DNA of 27,166 bases from Fistulifera solaris (lineage: Eukaryota): NCBI GenBank assembly GCA_030295235.1, contig AP026144.1, forward strand, positions 868,001 to 895,166. Direction: 5' to 3'. The position numbers were made by a program, and so were the translations under genes. The notes below the pieces were generated by a model, which was not told where the DNA came from, did no database searches, and saw nothing but the letters and a program-made list of their open reading frames with translations. Below, one piece after another: positions 19,790 to 27,166 of this stretch. The first letter of the stretch is position 1. Every line of letters starts with the position of its first letter.

Positions 19790-21693
19790 TTATTTCTTTT
19801 GAAGCGTATCTCCAACACACTGAGCAAGTCGTTGTTGGTCCACATTCGAGAGTGGCCCATCGCCCGAGAACGAGCCTTCTTCTTGAACAATGCGAATCAC
19901 GATTTCATTGTTGGACAATGTACGCGCTGAAGGTTGCATGCTTGAGAATCGAGTTGGCTGTATCAGAAGGACGTAAAATCCGTAGCACCCCAAAACGAAC
20001 CATAAGCAAATCATGGCTCCGAGACACAGAAAAATCCATTTCCGTTGACGTGCACCAAATCTCAAAGGAGTAGGAGAGCTTTGTACTTTCGGTAAAGATT
20101 GTGCCAACAAGCGCTGCTTCAAAGTTTCCGCGGAAAAAGCTGACTGACGTACACGACCTTTTGGTTGAGCGGCAAAAGTTGTCTTTGAGCGCTTTTCTTC
20201 AAGAATTGAATCAAGTACGCGATAAAAATGTTGAACGGCCGTTTCGCCTTCCTTTAATTTGGTGGATGCTGGGTGCCACGGATCAATAGCGAGTGGAGTG
20301 CCATTCCTTGAGTCCAAAGAGGCCCGTGTACGGCGTGCTGCAGATACATTTTTGGATTCTAGCGGTACATCTTCTACATCACATTTCACGGCGGATTCAT
20401 CGTCGTCGTTTATTGTTGTTGTCATGTCAATTTCGCTGTCTTCTGTATTACCATTTCTAGGCTGATGCATTCCGCGTTCATCAGCCGCTTCGACATGTCG
20501 AAGTATACCGTTTTGAGAAAGTCGACGTCGACCTCTTTACGCACTTTTTCTGGCATTCCATCCATAGACTCATCAAGTTGTTGCCGTATGGATGACTCCT
20601 GATCCCAGTCAATGCACGCATGTCGTAAATGATGAGTGCCTTCCTCCGATGGATCATCGTTCTCGTGATCGAAATGATCATCATTGCAAACAATTTGTGT
20701 GGGCAAATCATCTGGTAACTTGCCCATACTACTCAATATAGCTTCTTCAACTGTTATCGGTGTACCATCGGGCTTGGTTCGATGGAGCAACGAGAGTCGC
20801 GCATGGTGCAGATTCTGTTGATAGACATCTCGATCATGTCGTTGTTGTGGATTATTGTTCAATTTAACTTTGGCTTGTTCCATTTCAAGCGCATAACACA
20901 AATACGCCGTCACCTCCGCCCAGGCCGTCGTTGTTTGTGGATCATTCAACACTTGGGCTAACGACTGTACTACCGTCTTGCAATCCAAAATCAATTGTTG
21001 TGTTTTCCCCGAACTGAGTATTTGCAACACTCGAATCCAGTACACACACAACTGATCCAGATAATCGTGGCACTCCGTCGAATCACACCACGCGGCGAAC
21101 TTGACCCAACAAGCTGTAAACTCCATCAAAGCTTGTCGACTCGCATCAGTCGCCAAGACTTGCACCAAATCTACCCATACAATCAAGAGTCGTTCACGCA
21201 AGGCTTGACCGGAAACAGTTTCGCGCAATACCGAAATAAAATGATACACACTACTCGACACAATCCGAAACCAATCTTGCAGTCGTTCCGGTGTTTCGTT
21301 TTGCAATAAATCCAGAAACGCATGCCACAATTGCGGCAAGACATATTTTTGTGTCACGTGCAAAGGCGGTTGCATGAGCGTCCCCGTCGTCGAAAGAGTG
21401 ACACCACCAGCAATGCGCAGGAATTCTAAAGATGCGGCTACCGCGGAACTGGCAATGCGGTCGTGCAAAGGAATGTCTTCTTTTTCTTCTTGCACGGTCG
21501 TCACCCTTGGTGTATTTTGTTGAGTACTGCTTCGATTGTTACTGCGATTATCGACACGTTGTGTATTTTGTCGATCAATAGAAGGATATCCATTGCGTAG
21601 GGATGCAGAAGGAAAGTAATTGTGTACGCTGGCTTGAGACGAGGAGCCCGAACGGCGTCGCCGTGAAGCGGAAGACGAATGACTTGATGACAT
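19790..21693 (-). CDS. Hypothetical protein (~634 aa) with a helical core and one C-terminal TM segment, split by a 1-nt deletion at 20511-20514
   Basis: ORFs 20422-21693 and 19790-20470 join as DVDFLK-NGILRHVEAADERGMHQ when one A is added to a minus-strand A4 run. TM segment WIFLCLGAMICLWFVLGCYGFYVLLI. No family recognised. Confidence 0.7.
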
Positions 21694-22219
21694 TGTCCAG
21701 CAGACTCGGGATGCGCTTTACAATACGAGTTATTCGCGAATACTTTTTTGCTTTAAGCCTACACGAGTGACTCCAACACTTCTACACGTAAAAATTCAAG
21801 AGAATGAAAGGATAATGATTGCAACAATGACAACAATGACGTTAACAAATAAATAATGAATATGATCATAATGTTTTCTTCCTCGTCGTTCCATCTCGTC
21901 GCGTGTTTGCTTCGATGTCGATCGGCGATCGGCGATTGACGGTCTAGTTTTGGCTATTGACTTTAGTGTAGGTTTGAAGCCTTTTCTATGTCCATCCGTT
22001 ACTGCTAATTTAGTGCTTCAGTCTTGCTCTCGCAGCTGGCAGCTCTCTCATCACTCATCTTTCATCATCATCTCACATCAAGACTTTTTTTTCATCAAAT
22101 AAGTCGTTTCTTGAAAACATGCATCTTATGATTCTTTTCTTATCTTTTCTTATTAATATCTTTCCTATAAAATACTCTGTCACACAACGACAGAGAAGAT
22201 AACATGAATCAATCTTCTT

Positions 22220-25178
22220 TTACTTAGGACGGCACTGACCGTTGGTGCACACATCCTTTGTCGTGTCACAGCAGGGCATCGTACTACTGCAAGCATTCCA
22301 CTGAGGAGCACACGATGGTTGGCACTGTCCGTTCTTGCAAGCAAAGCGACTGCTGTTGCAGCAACCGGCACCCGCCGAGCAAGGCTGCCAGTCGTTGGCG
22401 CAAGAAGTCACTGTAGGCTTGCACTGACCACCTTGGCAACTGTAATTCTTTGAGCAGCAACCCTTTGTGCTACTGCACGAGTTCCAATCAAAGGCACAGT
22501 TCGGCTGACAGGTTCCATTCGTGCACGCGTAACCACTGTTGCAGCAACCAAGTGTCGAAGTACAGGGCTGCCAATCATTTCCGCACGTGGGTTTCGGTTT
22601 GCAAGTTCCACTTTGGCACGTGTACGAAGTATCACAGCAACCGAGTTCCGAAGTGCACTGCTGCCAGTTGCCACCACACGTCGGCTTGGGCTTGCAAATG
22701 CCTCCTTGGCACGTGTGAGTGCTGTCGCAGCACGGTTGATCGGCACTGCATTGACCCCAGTTGCTTGCGCAAGCGGCCTGGCACTGAGAAGTGGTGTATC
22801 CCCTGACTGTCGGTGAACGAAAGCGCATTTCAACGGCTTGGGACCATCTTGGCAACACCCAACATACGCACAGCTTTGCCATTCGTTGACACACTTGGGA
22901 AGTTTGCGACCACGAACTGCGTCCGTGCACTTTCGGTGACGCCGCGTCAAACCATCACAGCATTTGAAGTCGGCACTGCAAACTTGCCATTCATGGGCTT
23001 GGCACGTAGGGACGTTACGGCCGCGTCTTGCGCTGCGAGTGAACATCGGTGGCGCATTTGAGGCCATTGCAACAATCTACTCCGAGACTGCAGTCTTGCC
23101 ATTCGGGCATGCACGTGGGAAGATTCACGGCATTGCGGCGATCCATCGGGAAGCTCGACACACTTCAAGCCATTGCAGCAGCCGACATCTTTGCACGAAC
23201 GCCATTCGGGGCATGCAAGTAGGAAGATCCATGCAAGTTTTGGGCCCCCAAGGTTGTTGGACGCATTTTAATTTTCCACAGCAGGGAGTAAGAGTACCAC
23301 AGTTGGCCCATTCACCGACACATTGTTGTTCATTGATTACACATTCCTTGGCGAAACCGTTGACTTGAGCACATTTGAGACCACTGCAGCAACTCGAAAC
23401 GTCGCATTCACCGCCCTTTCCATTGCATGTCGTCGCCACGGCTTTGCGACTCTCGATCGTACTCGCTGCAGCTTCCACTCCCATTAAACGAGCATCAATG
23501 ATGCACAAGAGTTCGTTCTTGCAAAGTTCTTTAATCTTCGGATCGACATCGAGGAGATATTGGTCCACAGTGCTACCGTGCGGCAAGTTGCAATGCATGA
23601 TATCTTCAAACCAGTCCAAACCGAGTTCCTTGTGCGCAAAGAGGGAGTCGGCTTGTTCGCGAATACACCAATGGGTGGTACAGTACTCGTAGCCAGCCCA
23701 ACGCAATCGGTCCGTTAACGACGTCGGAACCGGCAACAATTCACCATCTCGTGTCTTCCAATCGTTTGAGGTGTCGCCATCTGCCGAACCGAACATACCA
23801 GTAGTCTTGTCGACATCCGGAACATGCGTGCAAACTTCAAAATAGCAACCATTGGCGTAAGCGACGTTGGCGGTGACTTTGAATTGCGACGCCGTGTAAA
23901 GAATTTCGACAGTTTTACGTGTCCAAGTGACCTTGACCTTGGGAGAACCGGAACCATCGTTCAAATCGCGCTGAACGCCATCGACATAGAACAAAACTTT
24001 GCAGCTCTCTTGTCCAATGGTGTTGGGCGCGAAAGAATCGGGAAAGATGGGAAAGGAAAGCTCAACCTTGGGCGTATCACCTTCATCTTGAGTGACAAAA
24101 CCCTTAACGACCGCCCATGCCCTGTAGAGATAAGAATTAGCAAGGAATGTTAGACGACTATAGTTTCAATGACAAGCAGTTGACTCCAAAACTCCACCGC
24201 CCTTTCGACCTACCATCCTGGACTGAAAATATCGGCAAAGAATGCAAAACGACCTTGGACTTCACGCTGCGTGATGGTCGATTTCATCAAAGTGAACTCT
24301 CCTTCGGCTCTGATGGATAACAAGTCGGAGTGAGGTCAGATTCAAGTCAAATTTCGCCAAATTTTCGCCCACAAAGAGATCCACTTACTGGCAATCATAA
24401 GCTAACGGTGGGTTGAAAGTAAAAAGTTTGGTGTGAGGAAAGTTGGTGGAATAAGATAATGAGAGATATCACGAAAAAACTGCAAGGCAAACCCAAAGCA
24501 AAACAGCACATTCAGCAACCAAACCCAAACCCCGCGATTTTTTCTCACCAAGACCATCGAAACTGGAAAGGAGGTGGTGTGAGATAATGAGAAATAGAGA
24601 TATCCGAACGGAAAAACGAAGCAAAAAATCACCTGTATATATGCGGATCACCGACCGCACACGCGGTCTTCGTTTTGACTGCTGCTCCAGGAATAGCCGT
24701 CGTCTTCAAGTTTGGTCCGGTGGGTGGCAAGGTCGGAGCCGCCGTAGGAATTTTGACCGGAGCGACAGGAGCCGCAACGGGAGCGGCCACAGGAGTCGGC
24801 ACAGGAGCTGGTACAGGAACCGGAACAGGAACCGCAACTGGAGCACTCGTTGAAATGAGATCGGCCCCCGTCAGATTGGTTTGGAGGGTGCGAACTTGGC
24901 ATTCGCTCACACCACCTTCTGTAACGGCACAGACGAGATCTCCACAGCAGGGCATTGAATTGCTGCAATCGTACCATTCAGCGAGACACGCCGGAGGAGT
25001 GCGGCAACGCTTGAAAAAGTTGTATCCGAAGCAACCAAGACCATCGCAGCAACCGTCTAGGTTGTGCGTGCATCCTATCATTCTCGGCGATGCAAGTGCT
25101 TTCCGCGCATTCTTCCGCAGCTGTAAAGGAAACAACAACAGCTAAGAACAGAAAATACAAAGATCTTTCGATCTGCAT
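22220..25178 (-). CDS. Large secreted GDPH/VWD-domain protein with 2 N-terminal and ~12 C-terminal cystine-knot-like repeats (exons 25178-24633, 24562-24549, 24401-24389, 24309-24214, 24121-22220; several indels)
   Basis: Signal MQIERSLYFLFLAVVVSFTAA. Splicing four GT-AG introns yields CAVGDPHIYSFDGLAYDCQAEGEFTLMKS. Downstream lie the VWD-type TTGMFGSADGDTSNDW and repeats of C-xxx-W-xx-C-x(4-5)-CC-x(4-6)-C-xn-C. Indels occur near 25072 and between ~22780 and 23210. Confidence 0.85.
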
Positions 25179-26697
25179 GATGAGAGAATGTTTCTTTTGT
25201 GTAGTTCTTCTCTCTTTCGTCGAGGAAAACAATGTAAAACAAAAAAAGAGATGAAAAGTCTTGGCGTTTTTGTTTGCCGCAAAGTCTTGGTCTGCGGTCT
25301 GCGGTTTCCCCACTGTTCCAGCTAGTGTACTCATGACTTTAGACTGTGATTGTGGGTGTGGATTTCGATTAGTGAAAACGGTGAAACGTTGACCTTTGGG
25401 CCTTTTTATATCAGTGAGGTACAAAGAAAAACTCAGTAAGAACCACCGGAGTCCCCACCCATGTCCATTCATCATTTCCAAAATAGAAAAAAAAATGAGG
25501 TAAAAAAATTGATTAGTGATTCATTTTAGCAGAGTCGTACGGAAACACAATAGAAGCTTCACAATTTGCCAACAACTTGTGAAGCCGACATTTCTCAGTT
25601 ACCAGGTATCAATATCAGAAAGGATGGTATGCGTCACCAACAAATCATTATGCCTGTGTAGGCATGCTACTTTTGATGCATGTGGCCACATTACAGAAGC
25701 AAAGGAGAGGAAGTCGGTTTGGGAAACAAACCATAAGCAGGACTTCGACGCTCAGTTGAGGATGTTTATCATCAGCTCGGTGATTACTATTTTAGCGGCG
25801 CTTATAGAATGACATTTGTGTCATTTGTTAAGCTTACAATCAATTGAAGCCTCACATTGAATTTTCTATCAACCCGGGAAGAGGGGAAAGGTTGGGTCCA
25901 GTATCACAAGTACATTAGGTACCAAAAAAGCAAACGTCCTCAGTCTTGGTGACTGGGTTTCCTCTAACCACTTAGTAAGCCTTCGTTTTTGACCAGTGAT
26001 TGGGCTTTTCAGGCTTTCCGAGGGATCTTGGCGGCGGCCTGCGACTTCATTCGCGCCCAACATTGCTGTGTTAGGTGTAATGTTGCGTTTACCAAGTTCG
26101 AAGACAAAGAGTTTTAAGAGGATCTGTATCGAGGGACAATAATGGCTGCCCTTCAACACAAATACCAATCGAAAAAACCCACAGGAATTCCAATGAATGT
26201 TGAGGAACTGGGGTGGAAGCAAATGGGGCGACTGGAAGCGGAATCTACGGCGCACTACCACTGCTGAGATTTCATGGTGCGTGCTCTTGAACGGACAGCT
26301 GGGTAGATGCGCCTTCATCAGAAGAATCGTCGGAATCAATACTCCCATGGTCTGCCAAGCGGCGACTGCCTCGTCCATATCAGAGCTCTCGGCTCTCATT
26401 CTTGTGATGCGCTCGTCACCAACTGAGCCGGAATCATGCGGCTCTCGTGCTAGCGGATCAACAGGCAGGTTCCCTTCAGCAACCGCGTTGCAACAAGGGG
26501 GTATTATAGTTACTCATGAGATTTTCTGATGGGAAAGACAGTGGAATAAAGAAAGTAATTATAGAAATGGCAGATTTTGATATGCCGACGTTCAATAATT
26601 TGGGGAGAAAGGCGGAAAACGGTGCTACGGACGAACTCTGTTTTTTCAACTCGATTTTTTCCGAGTTTGCAACTCCATTTTTTTCTTGGCAAACTCG

Positions 26698-27166
26698 TTA
26701 GGGTTAGGGTTAGGGTTAGGGTTAGGGTTAGGGTAAGGGTTAGGGTTGGGGTAAGGGTTAGGGTTAGGGTTAGGGTTAGGGTTAGGGTTAGGGTTAGGGT
26801 TAGGGTTAGGGTTAGGGTTAGGGTTAGGGTTAGGGTTAGGGTTGGGGTTAGGGTTAGGGTTAGGGTTAGGGTTAGGGTTAGGGTTAGGGTTAGGGTTGGG
26901 GTTAGGGTTGGGGTTAGGGTTAGGGTTAGGGTTAGGGTTAGGGTTAGGGTTAGGGTTAGGGTTAGGGTTAGGGTTAGGGTTAGGGTTAGGGTTAGGGTTA
27001 GGGTTGGGGTTGGGGTTAGGGTTAGGGTTAGGGTTAGGGTTAGGGTTAGGGGTTAGGGTTAGGGTTGGGGTTAGGGTTAGAGGTTAGGGTTAGGGTTAGG
27101 GTTAGGGTTAGGGTTAGGGTTAGGGTTAGGGTTAGGGTTAGGGTTAGGTTAGGGTTAGAGGTTAGG
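26698..27166 (+). repeat. Telomere, (TTAGGG)n, ~78 units with scattered variants
   Basis: G-rich strand runs 5'->3' to the window end, as expected at a right chromosome end. Variants TAAGGG, TTGGGG, TTAGGGG, TTAGAGG and TTAGG are present. Confidence 0.99.

Noticed and set aside
25869..26529. Telomere-proximal ORFs as a retroelement, helicase or pseudogene
   Set aside because: No RT, integrase, transposase or helicase motifs and no terminal repeats were found. A degenerate minus-strand gene starting near 26517 is possible but unsupported.
26577..27087. ORFs encoding poly-(VR) and poly-(GL)
   Set aside because: These are translations of the TTAGGG array, with no evidence of genes.

Overview
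The window is the last ~27 kb of a eukaryotic chromosome arm, ending in ~470 bp of (TTAGGG)n telomere. Gene content points to a diatom, probably a raphid pennate (inference): compact genes, short GT-AG introns, signal-plus-F/W plastid-type presequences and a diatom-like PGK. Recognisable genes are a fasciclin protein (3' end only), an Aa_trans amino-acid transporter, phosphoglycerate kinase, a TLC-domain protein, a tandem-CBM6 protein, an EamA/DMT transporter and a large GDPH/VWD protein with cystine-knot-like repeats. The most notable structure is a co-oriented Cys-rich trio at 7114-11103. Two paralogous membrane proteins with the same intron position and Cys-cluster tails (10 and ~49 Cys) flank a 52-aa metallothionein-like gene that the ORF track misses because of one extra base. 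Also notable are 13-14 nt micro-exons that build the GDPH/VWD motif, a shared knot cassette on two different secreted proteins, and a 385-bp tandem duplication. Many genes carry single-base indels, mostly in homopolymers, which most likely reflect consensus errors.
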